From: Patescibacteria group bacterium
Lineage (GTDB): Bacteria; Patescibacteriota; Patescibacteriia; Patescibacteriales; UBA12465
NCBI GenBank assembly: GCA_050949525.1
Contig: JBMNFW010000001.1
Location: 655,890-719,889, forward strand
Direction: 5' to 3'
Length of the DNA: 64,000 bases
Position 1 is the first letter of the stretch. Each line of letters starts with the position of its first letter. The position numbers and the translations under genes are program-made. Shown here one piece after another: positions 1 to 9,558 of this stretch. The notes beneath the pieces are model-generated. The model did no database searches and had not been told where the DNA came from. It was given only the letters and a program-made list of their open reading frames with translations.

Positions 1-2425
1 TAAAATTATAACTATAATTATTTGGCATAATACTAGTAATAGCCTGATAAACAAAAACTCCCTCTGCAGAACCTTCGCCCTCTTCTTCATTATTTTCTGA
101 CTTTTCTATAAATTGAGTTTTTCCTCCTAAAGAAAAACTCGGATTCCCACTTCCTGAACAAGAGGCAAAAAAAGATAAAGTATAACTATCACCCGCAATA
201 TTATAATTGTCAGGAGCTACCGCAATATTTTCTGATACAGATTCGCCTACTAAATTTAATGAATAATTACTAGAATAAGGCCAAGGAATAACATTATAAT
301 TTTCCCAAATAGTACCACTAAGATCTCCCTCAAAATCTCCACCAATAATAAAGTTATGACCAAGACCAGAAGCAGCTCTTAAATACTCATTACAACCCTC
401 ATTATTAGCTGAACAAGTTTCAGCTTTATTATTTAAAAATAAAACTGGATAATTAGCCCAATTAAGTTTACCATTATTTTGATTATAAGAAGCTCGTAAA
501 GAATATTGTGAACAACCAACACTATCAACACTACAATTACTAAAATCTACTGTATTTTTTAATAAAGCTAATTTTTTACCATTAGAATTACTAGTAAAAG
601 ATTCGCAAGTATTATAAATAGGATCACAAGAATCTTGGTCAAAATTCCAAACTCTTTTCTCTTCAGTACAATATCCATAATATTCACAACTACCATCAGC
701 TCGCTCTTTAATACAAGACTTTTCATCAGCACAATAATTGTCAGATCGGGTAACCATTATTGAATCAACCGTATTATTAGATATTCCATTAGTATCAATA
801 TCATAATCTAAATCATAATCTAAATCATAATCTAAATTAACAACACTTCTGTTAATAACATAAGAACCAAAACCTTCTTTATCACAACGATGTAAAGGAG
901 CTTTTAAAACCCAATTAGGATCGACCAATCCTTCACACCAAGTAGTATTATTAAAATTAGATCTAACAAATCCCTCACTAAAAGTATTATACTCATCATT
1001 AGGATCAAAGCAGGATACCATATCCATTAGAGTATAATTATTATATGTCTGTAATTTTTGCTCCTCAGCTCTATTTAAAGCTTCCTCCCACCCTAAAGGA
1101 ATGATACGAAACTTTCTTAAAATCATTAAACTCCGCTCATTAAGAGTAGTTTGATAATCACCATTTCTTTCAAACACCATATTAGGATTTAAATACCCAT
1201 CTTCAATAGCACTGATAAGGGAAACTTGATTTTGAATAGCTTGTCTAAAATCATTATCAATAACACAATTAGTTGGAGCTGGATTTTTAACATCCAAACA
1301 AACAGCTAAATTACTTAATAAATTATAATCAGCCCGAACATTAAATCTAGGCTTTATTACTTTTCTTAAAGCTGAGGTCAACTGACTCCTATCAGTTCTT
1401 CTCGGATCAGCTGTCGAGCTAGTGCTTGGATCCGAATCACTTCCATCCTCATTAACTCCCGGTTTATTAGCCAACTTACCTAACTCTGACACTAATCGAT
1501 TAAATCCCGCGATTCCTAATTGATTTAAAAAGATATTAGAAGCATCAATTAAAGCACTACCAGTATATGTTCCTAAGCCTTTTTCCTGAATCATTTGAGC
1601 TCTATCTAATTGATCTTTAGGAAATTCAGGATAGGTTTCAGAGAGTCCACCAATATTTCTAACATTAAGCCATCCTTTAGTAATTTTTAATTGTTCTTCT
1701 TCTTTTGTTTTTTCTTGTGAAGAAACTTCTTCAGATCTGCCAAGTATTTCTAAAGATACTGAAAGATCATTTCCAGTTGGACTAAAACTCTTAGATAGCG
1801 AACTTAGATATTTTAAACTTCCATCTTTAGTGGTAGTAATATCTCGCCATTTTTCATATTCACTAGTCCATCCTTGTTTCATAGTCTGCCAATCACAAGA
1901 GGTACTAGCTCGTGGTTTTTGTTGAGCCACCAAACCTAATCCAATTCTAGCTTGAACATCTAAGCTGGGTCGACATAAATCAACTTGCCATTCTTTTTGC
2001 ACTTTCTCAGTAAATTCTGATAAGGCAGCATTTCCAGCCTGCTTCGCTACATCAGTAATATATTCAGTAGTAAATAACGGTTTTTGTCCTTTTTTAGCCG
2101 TAGCAATCATATTAGCCGTATCATAAGCAATAGTATTTAAAGCAAAACTCAAGGTATTTTGAAAAATGGAGGAACCCATCTCTTTCATTTTTTCCAACAA
2201 TCTCTTATACCACTTTTCTCCTTGCTCAGTCTGAGTAGATATTTGACTAAGTGCACTTTGAACTTGTTCCTGATTTAATATAAGTATTCTTTGAGCAAAA
2301 GCTGAAGGATCAAAAAATCCAGCTTTTACCGAAGAAGCTTTAATTAAAAAACTAAAACAAAAAATTAAAATAAAAAAAGAAGCGATAACTCTTTTTTTAT
2401 AGAAACCGTTATTTTTTTTAAACAT
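1..2425 (-). CDS. Large secreted/surface protein, N-terminal ~808 codons; C-terminus lies beyond the left window edge (partial)
   Basis: Minus strand is open from the ATG at 2423-2425 to position 1. It is absent from the ORF track because no stop lies in-window. My translation starts MFKKNNGFYKKRVIASFFILIFCFSFLIKASSVKAGFF (signal/anchor-like) and continues with a Cys-rich distal region and DYDL repeats. No family recognised. Confidence 0.6.
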   Translation of the reverse strand, partial: MFKKNNGFYKKRVIASFFILIFCFSFLIKASSVKAGFFDPSAFAQRILILNQEQVQSALSQISTQTEQGEKWYKRLLEKMKEMGSSIFQNTLSFALNTIAYDTANMIATAKKGQKPLFTTEYITDVAKQAGNAALSEFTEKVQKEWQVDLCRPSLDVQARIGLGLVAQQKPRASTSCDWQTMKQGWTSEYEKWRDITTTKDGSLKYLSSLSKSFSPTGNDLSVSLEILGRSEEVSSQEKTKEEEQLKITKGWLNVRNIGGLSETYPEFPKDQLDRAQMIQEKGLGTYTGSALIDASNIFLNQLGIAGFNRLVSELGKLANKPGVNEDGSDSDPSTSSTADPRRTDRSQLTSALRKVIKPRFNVRADYNLLSNLAVCLDVKNPAPTNCVIDNDFRQAIQNQVSLISAIEDGYLNPNMVFERNGDYQTTLNERSLMILRKFRIIPLGWEEALNRAEEQKLQTYNNYTLMDMVSCFDPNDEYNTFSEGFVRSNFNNTTWCEGLVDPNWVLKAPLHRCDKEGFGSYVINRSVVNLDYDLDYDLDYDIDTNGISNNTVDSIMVTRSDNYCADEKSCIKERADGSCEYYGYCTEEKRVWNFDQDSCDPIYNTCESFTSNSNGKKLALLKNTVDFSNCSVDSVGCSQYSLRASYNQNNGKLNWANYPVLFLNNKAETCSANNEGCNEYLRAASGLGHNFIIGGDFEGDLSGTIWENYNVIPWPYSSNYSLNLVGESVSENIAVAPDNYNIAGDSYTLSFFASCSGSGNPSFSLGGKTQFIEKSENNEEEGEGSAEGVFVYQAITSIMPNNYSYNF
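800..835 (-). repeat. Perfect 3 x 12-bp tandem repeat inside the large surface-protein CDS
   Basis: Read directly: atcataatctaa at 800-811, 812-823 and 824-835 (+ strand). In frame, it encodes LDYDLDYDLDYD on the minus strand. Confidence 0.9.
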
Positions 2426-2441
2426 ATATTTAAAATTATTT

Positions 2442-3077
2442 TTATTGTGATTGTGTTTTTCCACTAGCAATATCTTCAAACATTTTCATAAGATCCTCAT
2501 CGCTAATCATATCCAAATCTTTACTATCCACTCCACTTTGAATTAAAATCTGCCTTAGCATATCAGCTTCACTGCTAGGTTTAAAAACCTTCTCCGAATC
2601 ACTAATATCCTTATCACCACTATCTAGCCCATCCAAAAGGCCCATAAACTGAGAAAAATTACTATCAACATCTTTGTTTACCTCCTCTAAAGTTTTAGAA
2701 CAAACTTGTCCTTCTGGACAATTAGGATCAGTTTTATAGAGAAAAATTTCTTCATAGTCACTTAAATTATCACCATCAGTATCCTCTAAATAAGGTGAGG
2801 TTCCATAAATAAAAATCTCATCCCAATCACTAATACCATCACCATCAGTATCAACATTTTTTAATTCTAAATTATTGACATCCGGCTCTTTATTAACACA
2901 AGAACCATCAGAACAATTAGATTGATTATTATTACCAGTCTCTAAAAAAACTGTTTTAGATCCTCGGTAAGAGAAAGGATCTTTTAAAGTTCGATCGAAA
3001 TTAATAAAAAATATAACTATGATAGTTACACTAAAAAAACCTAAAACCCACAGGGCAATTTTTTGATTTTTATCCAT
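2442..3077 (-). CDS. Membrane-anchored protein with thrombospondin-type-3-like acidic (Ca-binding type) repeats
   Basis: N-terminal TM segment (IALWVLGFFSVTIIVIFFI). Two DTDGDGISDWDE / DTDGDNLSDYEE motifs typical of TSP3/OmpA-type calcium-binding repeats. Confidence 0.6.
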   Translation of the reverse strand: MDKNQKIALWVLGFFSVTIIVIFFINFDRTLKDPFSYRGSKTVFLETGNNNQSNCSDGSCVNKEPDVNNLELKNVDTDGDGISDWDEIFIYGTSPYLEDTDGDNLSDYEEIFLYKTDPNCPEGQVCSKTLEEVNKDVDSNFSQFMGLLDGLDSGDKDISDSEKVFKPSSEADMLRQILIQSGVDSKDLDMISDEDLMKMFEDIASGKTQSQ

Positions 3078-3141
3078 AGTAATTACTTATAATAAATATA
3101 TTAAAAGTTTATAATATTTCCATAAAAAAAGCAAGGAAAAA

Positions 3142-3972
3142 CTATTTTAAATATTGATATAATTTTAACCAATCAGAAATTTTTAAACTCTCAGCTCGAA
3201 TATTAGAATTCAAATTTAGCTCAATTAAAATTTTTTCAATATCTTTTAAGTTTAAACTTAAAGCTGAGGCTAAATTATTCTTTAACATCTTTCGTTTAGA
3301 AGAAAAACCAATCCGTAAAATTTTAAAAAATTTCTTTTCCTCTTCATAAGTAGCAAGTCTTTTTTTATTAGGAATTATCTTAATAACAGCACTATCCACT
3401 TGAGGAACTGGATAAAAATTATCAGCTGGAACATCCATAATTTTTTCCACCTCAGCATAAAACTGAACTGACAAGGCTAATAGATTCATCTTAGGAGCTT
3501 GAGCCATAATCCTATCAACTACCTCTTTTTGTAGCATTAAAACCATAAGCTCAGGTTTAGAGGCTAGACTTAAAAATTTTCTTAAAAAAACTGAGCTAAT
3601 GTTATAGGGTAAATTAGACACTACTTTATAGGGCCCTAATTTAGAAAAATTACTACCTCGAGCTTTTAAAATATCAGCCGTAAAAAGTTTAATATTTTTT
3701 ACCCCTTTACTTAAAATAATAGTTTCTAAAACTTCAACTATTTTCTTATCTAACTCAACCGCTAAGACCTTTTTAACTCGGTTAGCCATATTTAAAGTTA
3801 AAAACCCCAAACCGGGGCCCACTTCTAAAACAGTATCAGTTTCCCTAAGATCAGCTGCCGCTATAATTTTATCATACACATCCGCCTGAATTAAAAAATT
3901 CTGTCCTTTAGATTTTTGAGGATGAATGTTATAAATCTTACACAAATCAAGCGTTTCCTTTAAAATTGACAT
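3142..3972 (-). CDS. rsmA: 16S rRNA (adenine-N6,N6)-dimethyltransferase RsmA/KsgA
   Basis: GQNFL motif, SAM-binding VLEVGPGLG, NLPYNIS motif and typical 276-aa length. Confidence 0.9.
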   Translation of the reverse strand: MSILKETLDLCKIYNIHPQKSKGQNFLIQADVYDKIIAAADLRETDTVLEVGPGLGFLTLNMANRVKKVLAVELDKKIVEVLETIILSKGVKNIKLFTADILKARGSNFSKLGPYKVVSNLPYNISSVFLRKFLSLASKPELMVLMLQKEVVDRIMAQAPKMNLLALSVQFYAEVEKIMDVPADNFYPVPQVDSAVIKIIPNKKRLATYEEEKKFFKILRIGFSSKRKMLKNNLASALSLNLKDIEKILIELNLNSNIRAESLKISDWLKLYQYLK

Positions 3973-3975
3973 GAC

Positions 3976-4227
3976 TTATTCTTCTTCAATTATCATAGAA
4001 ATAGCCTTAACGGGACACTCCTTAGCACAAAGCCCACAACCCTTACAATAATCATAATTAATCTTAGGTTTAAAATTTCCTTTTATTTTTTTCATTTGAA
4101 TAGCCCCATCAGGACAAATCTTGGCACACATATTACAAGCAACACATTTATTTATATCAACTTCCGGACGAAAAGATCGCCAAGAACCCGTTTTATTATT
4201 TAAAGATGATTTAGGTTTAGCTATCAT
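3976..4227 (-). CDS. porD: 2-oxoacid (pyruvate):ferredoxin oxidoreductase delta subunit, 2x[4Fe-4S] ferredoxin
   Basis: Two CxxCxxCxxxCP clusters (CVACNMCAKICP, CKGCGLCAKECP). 83 aa, directly downstream of the gamma subunit. Confidence 0.8.
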   Translation of the reverse strand: MIAKPKSSLNNKTGSWRSFRPEVDINKCVACNMCAKICPDGAIQMKKIKGNFKPKINYDYCKGCGLCAKECPVKAISMIIEEE

Positions 4228-4230
4228 ATT

Positions 4231-4806
4231 TTATTTTATTACTTTAATAATTTTATCCATGGCTAAAAAATTCTTTTGTACCACATTTTCTCCTTTTTCC
4301 AAGAACTTTTCCTTAACAGCTTGCTTCACTGATTTCATATTTATCAACCCCGGAACTTGAGTTAAAGCAGCTAAAACAATAGTGTTCACCATCTTACGCC
4401 CAAAAACCTCTAAAGCTACCGCTGTTGCTGGAACAGCATAAATATTTTCTGATTTAATCCTGATAGTACTTAATGATTTTAAAATCTTTTCTAATTCAGA
4501 CGAACTGCGAGAAGAATTAATAATAATTTTACTATTAGTTTTAATACCAGCCAAAATATCAACTCGTCCTAATAGAGTATCATCTAAAATAATTAAAATA
4601 TCTGGTTCATAAACATGCTCTCGACTCAATATGGGCTGATCAGATACTCGGACAAAAGATTGAATTGGGGCTCCGCTTCTCTCCACACCAAAATGAGGAA
4701 AGGCTTGGACTTCTTTTCCGTTATAAAAAAAAGCAATAGCTAAAATTTCAGCTAGAGCTACCACCCCTTGTCCTCCTCGACCATGTATTCTTATTTCTTT
4801 TTTCAT
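4231..4806 (-). CDS. porC: 2-oxoacid (pyruvate):ferredoxin oxidoreductase gamma subunit
   Basis: MKKEIRIHGRGGQGVV motif typical of POR gamma. I prefer the internal ATG at 4806 over the track start at 4845, because the longer form would overlap the upstream dsbA-like stop. Confidence 0.8.
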   Translation of the reverse strand: MKKEIRIHGRGGQGVVALAEILAIAFFYNGKEVQAFPHFGVERSGAPIQSFVRVSDQPILSREHVYEPDILIILDDTLLGRVDILAGIKTNSKIIINSSRSSSELEKILKSLSTIRIKSENIYAVPATAVALEVFGRKMVNTIVLAALTQVPGLINMKSVKQAVKEKFLEKGENVVQKNFLAMDKIIKVIK

Positions 4807-4807
4807 A

Positions 4808-5557
4808 TTATAAATAATTAGCAAAAAAATTATCCCAAACCTCAAAAGGAATTAAACCCTCTCCCGCCACTTCACCATTAATGAACCAAGCTGGAGTTCC
4901 ACTAATTCCTAAAAATTGACCATCAGTCGCATCTTTTAAAACATCATTACGATATTTCTGCCCCTCTAAACAATCAGCCATCTGATCATAATTTAAATTA
5001 AACTTATTAACTAAATAATTAAAATCACTAGGCTCTATTTTCCCTTGTTTTTCAAATAAAATATGATAAATTGGCCAATATTTTCCCTGCTCACCAGCAC
5101 ATCGAGCTAGTTGAGCTAATTCCATTGAATCTTCTCCAATTACTGGATAATCTCGAACTATTATCTTAATTTTATCACCATATTTAACCGCTAAACTAGC
5201 AATAATACTAGAAGCTTTTTGACAATAACTACAATTAAAATCAGAAAAAACAACTAACGTTAAAACTGGATCAGCGCTTCCTAAATAATAATTATTATGC
5301 CCTTCGACTAAAGTAAAGTTGGGTGATTTTTCAATTGAATCGGGGTTATCTTTTAATAAATTATTATTCAACATGAAAAACTTTAAACTATCAGGGTTAC
5401 GTGACATATGTCGAACTAAAAAAAACAAAGAAAGAAGGTAAATAATAATAACTAAAAGTATAAATAACACTAATACTAACCACCACTTTCTATACCAAGC
5501 TGATTCTCGCTTCTTTTTTCTACGCATCAAAGTTTTAACTCGCTGATCTAAACTCAT
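4808..5557 (-). CDS. Membrane-anchored DsbA-family thiol:disulfide oxidoreductase
   Basis: N-terminal TM (WWLVLVLFILLVIIIYLLSLFFLV), CxxC active site in FNCSYCQKA, and thioredoxin-fold-length ectodomain. Confidence 0.75.
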   Translation of the reverse strand: MSLDQRVKTLMRRKKKRESAWYRKWWLVLVLFILLVIIIYLLSLFFLVRHMSRNPDSLKFFMLNNNLLKDNPDSIEKSPNFTLVEGHNNYYLGSADPVLTLVVFSDFNCSYCQKASSIIASLAVKYGDKIKIIVRDYPVIGEDSMELAQLARCAGEQGKYWPIYHILFEKQGKIEPSDFNYLVNKFNLNYDQMADCLEGQKYRNDVLKDATDGQFLGISGTPAWFINGEVAGEGLIPFEVWDNFFANYL

Positions 5558-5625
5558 TTTAAGTTGATTAATTGCTTAATATATTATAAAATAATAATAT
5601 CATAAAAAAATAAAATTAAAAAGGA

Positions 5626-6390
5626 ATGAAACTAATTTCTTGGAATATTAACGGAATTCGAGCTGTCTTTAAGAAAAATTTTAAACAATTTCTCAAAGAT
5701 TCTCAGGCTGATATTATTCTACTACAAGAAATAAAAATATCAGAAGAAAAAATATTATCAGAAAGTTTTGATTTTTTGGATTACCAGAGCTTTTGGTTTC
5801 CAGCTCAACGTCCTGGCTATAGCGGAACTTTAACTTTATACAAAAAAGATTTGAATATTCTAGAACTTAAAAATGGCTTAGGTCTAAAAAAATTTGATGA
5901 AGAAGGCCGAGTTCAAACTATTGAATTAAAAGATTTTTTTCTAGTTAATACCTATTTTCCTAACTCCAATGACACTCTAAGTCGCTTATCATATAAACTA
6001 GAGTTTAATGATGAAATTTTAAAATACCTTAAAAAATTAGAAAAGAAAAAACCAATTATTTTAACCGGAGATTTTAATGTCGCTCATCAAGCTATTGATC
6101 TAGCTCGCCCTAAAGAAAATGAAGGTAACTCTGGTTACACCCTAGAAGAAAGAGCTTGGATGACTAAATTTTTAAATAATAATTTTATTGATACCTTTAG
6201 ATTTTTTAATCCTCAGACCATAAAATATTCATGGTGGAGTTTTCGAGCTAGGGCTCGAGAAAGAAATGTGGGTTGGAGAATTGATTATTTTTGTCTTTCA
6301 AAAAAATTAATAAAAAAAGTTACCCGAACTGATATTCTAGATCAAGTTTTAGGATCAGATCATGCTCCGATTGTTTTAGAAATAAAATAA
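5626..6390 (+). CDS. xth: Exodeoxyribonuclease III (AP endonuclease)
   Basis: MKLISWNINGIRA, LQEIK, GDFNVAH and SDHAPI motifs of the ExoIII/EEP family. Confidence 0.9.
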   Translation: MKLISWNINGIRAVFKKNFKQFLKDSQADIILLQEIKISEEKILSESFDFLDYQSFWFPAQRPGYSGTLTLYKKDLNILELKNGLGLKKFDEEGRVQTIELKDFFLVNTYFPNSNDTLSRLSYKLEFNDEILKYLKKLEKKKPIILTGDFNVAHQAIDLARPKENEGNSGYTLEERAWMTKFLNNNFIDTFRFFNPQTIKYSWWSFRARARERNVGWRIDYFCLSKKLIKKVTRTDILDQVLGSDHAPIVLEIK

Positions 6391-6400
6391 TAATTTAAAT

Positions 6401-7531
6401 ATGAAAAAAATAATTGAAGGATCACGAGCTATTGCTCTGACTATAAAAAACATTGCCCCGCAAGTAGTATCAGCTTATCCAATTACCCCTCAAACTCACA
6501 TCGTTGAAGACTTAGCCTTATTAAAAAGTCAAGGATTGGCTAATTTTTCTTATGTTCGAGCTGAAAGTGAATTTGCGGCAGCCTCCATTGTTTTAGGAGC
6601 CTCCGCTAAAGGAGTCAGAACCTATAGTGCTACTAGCTCGCAAGGATTACTTCTAATGACTGAAGTTCTGTATAATATCTCAGGACTGAGATTACCAGTA
6701 GTAATGACTCTAGCAAATCGAGCAGTATCAGCTCCAATTAATATTTGGAACGATCATCAGGATGCGATGGCCGTTCGAGATGCTGGTTGGATTATGCTCT
6801 TTGCTGAAAATAATCAAGAAGCTGTTTGGCAACACATACTAGCTTATAAAATAGCGGAAAACTTATCTTTACCAGTTTTAGTTAATGTTGATGGTTTTAT
6901 TCTAACTCATTGCTATGAACCAGTTGATATTCCCTCAGCTACTCTAATTAAAAAATTCCTAGCCCCCTATAAGCCTAAACCAGGAACTTTTCTAGATACC
7001 AAGAACCCTATTACTATGGGAGCTCTCGCTGATCCAAGATATTATCAAGAAGAAAGAAAAAAACTCTGGATTGATACTAAAAAATCATTGGAAGTAATAA
7101 AGAAAGAATACCGTCAACTACAAAAGATTTTAAATATAAAAAGAAAAGCTCATGATGATGGTTTAATAGAATACAGCGGAAACCCTCAAGCTACCACTAT
7201 TATTATAGCCCTAGGATCAATTATTGGAACTATAAAAAGTGCCTTAGAGGATAATCCCAACTTTGGAGTTTTGAAAATAAAAACTTGGCGACCTTTCCCT
7301 TCTCAAGCAGTTTATGATACAATAAAGAAAGCTAAGAACATTATTATTATTGAAAAAGCAATTAGTCCAGGAAACTTGGGACCACTATATTTAGATGTAA
7401 AATCGGTAGCTAATGATAAACAAAATCTAAAAAATTTTATTACTGGACTCGGAGGAAAAGATTTTAAAAAAGAAGATGTTTTAAAAATTATAAAAAACTT
7501 TAATAAATATAATAACTTAAACTTTATATGA
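6401..7531 (+). CDS. porA: 2-oxoacid (pyruvate):ferredoxin oxidoreductase alpha subunit
   Basis: N-terminal GSRAIA...AYPITPQT motif, 376 aa, same operon as the TPP-binding beta subunit. Stop is TGA, overlapping the next ATG (ATGA). Confidence 0.85.
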   Translation: MKKIIEGSRAIALTIKNIAPQVVSAYPITPQTHIVEDLALLKSQGLANFSYVRAESEFAAASIVLGASAKGVRTYSATSSQGLLLMTEVLYNISGLRLPVVMTLANRAVSAPINIWNDHQDAMAVRDAGWIMLFAENNQEAVWQHILAYKIAENLSLPVLVNVDGFILTHCYEPVDIPSATLIKKFLAPYKPKPGTFLDTKNPITMGALADPRYYQEERKKLWIDTKKSLEVIKKEYRQLQKILNIKRKAHDDGLIEYSGNPQATTIIIALGSIIGTIKSALEDNPNFGVLKIKTWRPFPSQAVYDTIKKAKNIIIIEKAISPGNLGPLYLDVKSVANDKQNLKNFITGLGGKDFKKEDVLKIIKNFNKYNNLNFI

Positions 7532-8751
7532 CAAAAAACAAAAAAATAATATTATCAATAACTTTAATAATTTTTTCATTTTCACTTTTTAAAATAGTAT
7601 CAGCGGTAGAATTTGTCCCTCAAGTAACTATTCCAAATTCCGAATTTACTGCTGAACAAGCTGTTCAATTAGAATATGGACTTAGACCTATTGGAAATTA
7701 TATAAAAGCTATATATAACTATGCTTTAATAATCGTCGGAATTTTAGCAGCTATTGTTTTAATAATTGGAGGTATTATTTGGCTAACATCAGCTGGAAAT
7801 TCTGAAAAAATATCCCAAGCTAAAAGCTGGATTACTGGAGCTTTAACTGGATTAATTTTAATGTTTCTTTCTTATACTATACTAAAAACAATTAATCCTC
7901 AACTAGTTAGCTTAAGAGTTCCTGGAATACAAACGATAGGAAATATAAATAAGGGTTGTTGTAGACTTCAAAAAAATGAGCTTCGAAATCCATTTTTAGT
8001 ACCCGGTGAAAATATAATAAAATTAACATTCAACGCCACGTCAGTAGAATGTTATAATAGGGCCTTAGCTGTAAAAGAGCCGGGTATAAAAAACCCAGAT
8101 GACTTAACAAAAGAAGAAAAAGCTGATATCGAAAAATATATGAAAGATCAATTAAAATTTTATCCATCTGAAGCTGCTGCAGGTTTTAATACATGCCAAC
8201 CAAAGGGGGCTTACATTGAATATCTAAGTCATTCAGTCAATACCTCTAACAATTATAGTGAAGCAGATTTATCACATATATACTGTAGAAATAGCATAAG
8301 ACAACGTACATTTAATACAAACGAAAATCATTTTTCTTTTTTTATGCCATACGCTGACTGTAGTACTCTTTCTATAGATGAAATAAAAAGGGTTGCTAAA
8401 AACCAATATCCTAATTATACTACAATCCAAAATGAAAATGAGTTTATTACACTTACCTGCACAGGTAGATCTAATGGTTCCACATGCACTACTTTAACAG
8501 GAAAATTAGCCGGAAGTACATTTACCTGGACAAGTTGTTATGATAATATCTGTTGGTATAATGAAGATATACGAGGAGGCTTAGGAGAACCATGTGGTGT
8601 AGATGATTCATTTTGCGTTCCAAGTGGCACTGATTGTGAAGATATTCCAGGATTTATTGATAGAAGCTGGGAATGGGGAGGAGGAGATTGTGGTCCCGAT
8701 CTAAAATGTTGTAAAAAAGATAAAACTTATTGGAGAAAACTAGGTTATTAA
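7528..8751 (+). CDS. Signal/TM protein with a VirB2/TrbC-like (T4SS-pilin-type) membrane module and a Cys-rich C-terminal ectodomain
   Basis: Module YIKAIYNYALIIVGILAAIVLIIGGIIWLTSAGNSEKISQAKSWITGALTGLILMFLSYTILKTINPQLV fits the GGxxxxxSAG(D/N)xxxxxxAKxxI pilin pattern I recall from Gram-positive/CPR T4SS pilins. The C-terminal half holds 16 Cys by my count. ATGA overlap with porA. Confidence 0.6.
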   Translation: MTKNKKIILSITLIIFSFSLFKIVSAVEFVPQVTIPNSEFTAEQAVQLEYGLRPIGNYIKAIYNYALIIVGILAAIVLIIGGIIWLTSAGNSEKISQAKSWITGALTGLILMFLSYTILKTINPQLVSLRVPGIQTIGNINKGCCRLQKNELRNPFLVPGENIIKLTFNATSVECYNRALAVKEPGIKNPDDLTKEEKADIEKYMKDQLKFYPSEAAAGFNTCQPKGAYIEYLSHSVNTSNNYSEADLSHIYCRNSIRQRTFNTNENHFSFFMPYADCSTLSIDEIKRVAKNQYPNYTTIQNENEFITLTCTGRSNGSTCTTLTGKLAGSTFTWTSCYDNICWYNEDIRGGLGEPCGVDDSFCVPSGTDCEDIPGFIDRSWEWGGGDCGPDLKCCKKDKTYWRKLGY

Positions 8752-8757
8752 AATAAA

Positions 8758-9543
8758 ATGTTTAAAAATAATACTAAAACATCATCTGGGCATAATGCTT
8801 GTGCTGGTTGTGGGCAACTTTCAGCTCTGCAATCAGTTATGCGAGCATTAAATAAAGATTCAATTATAATTAACGCTACTGGTTGCTTAGAGGTTAGTAC
8901 CACTGCTTATCCTGAAAGTATTTGGGGTATTCCTTGGATACATTCATTATTTGAAAATACTGCCGCTGTGGCCACTGGAATATTAGCAGCTCTAAAACAA
9001 GAAAAGAAAGATAAAACTAAGGTGGTAGTATTGGCTGGTGATGGTGGAACTTTTGATATTGGATTAGGATTAATTAGTGGCATGTGGGAAAGACAAGATA
9101 ATATCTTATACATCTGTTTTGATACTGAATCATATTCTAATACTGGTTTTCAAGCCTCAGGAGCTACTCCCCCAAAAGCTACTACCAGTACCTCCCCCGA
9201 AGGTAATCAAACTCCCAAAAAAGATATGATAAAAATTGCTTTAGCTCATAAACTACCATATATAGCTCAAAGTACTGCTGGTTATCCAGATGATATTTTT
9301 AATAAAGTAAAAAAATCTTTAGAAATGTCAGGTCCTGGATATATTCAAATCTTATCACCTTGCATTCCTGGTTGGGGTATTAAAACTGATGAAGCAGTAG
9401 AAATGGGGAAATTAGCTAATCAAGGTAATGTATATCCCTTATTAGAATATATAAATGGAGAACTAAGTACTCCTATACAAAAATTGGATAATTTTAAAGA
9501 TTTTGAAAAAAAATATTACCAAAAACAAAAACGATTTTTATAA
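8758..9543 (+). CDS. porB: 2-oxoacid (pyruvate):ferredoxin oxidoreductase beta subunit (TPP-binding)
   Basis: CAGCG near the N-terminus, the GDGGTFDIG TPP motif, 261 aa. Confidence 0.85.
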   Translation: MFKNNTKTSSGHNACAGCGQLSALQSVMRALNKDSIIINATGCLEVSTTAYPESIWGIPWIHSLFENTAAVATGILAALKQEKKDKTKVVVLAGDGGTFDIGLGLISGMWERQDNILYICFDTESYSNTGFQASGATPPKATTSTSPEGNQTPKKDMIKIALAHKLPYIAQSTAGYPDDIFNKVKKSLEMSGPGYIQILSPCIPGWGIKTDEAVEMGKLANQGNVYPLLEYINGELSTPIQKLDNFKDFEKKYYQKQKRFL

Positions 9544-9558
9544 TATTAAAATAAATCT

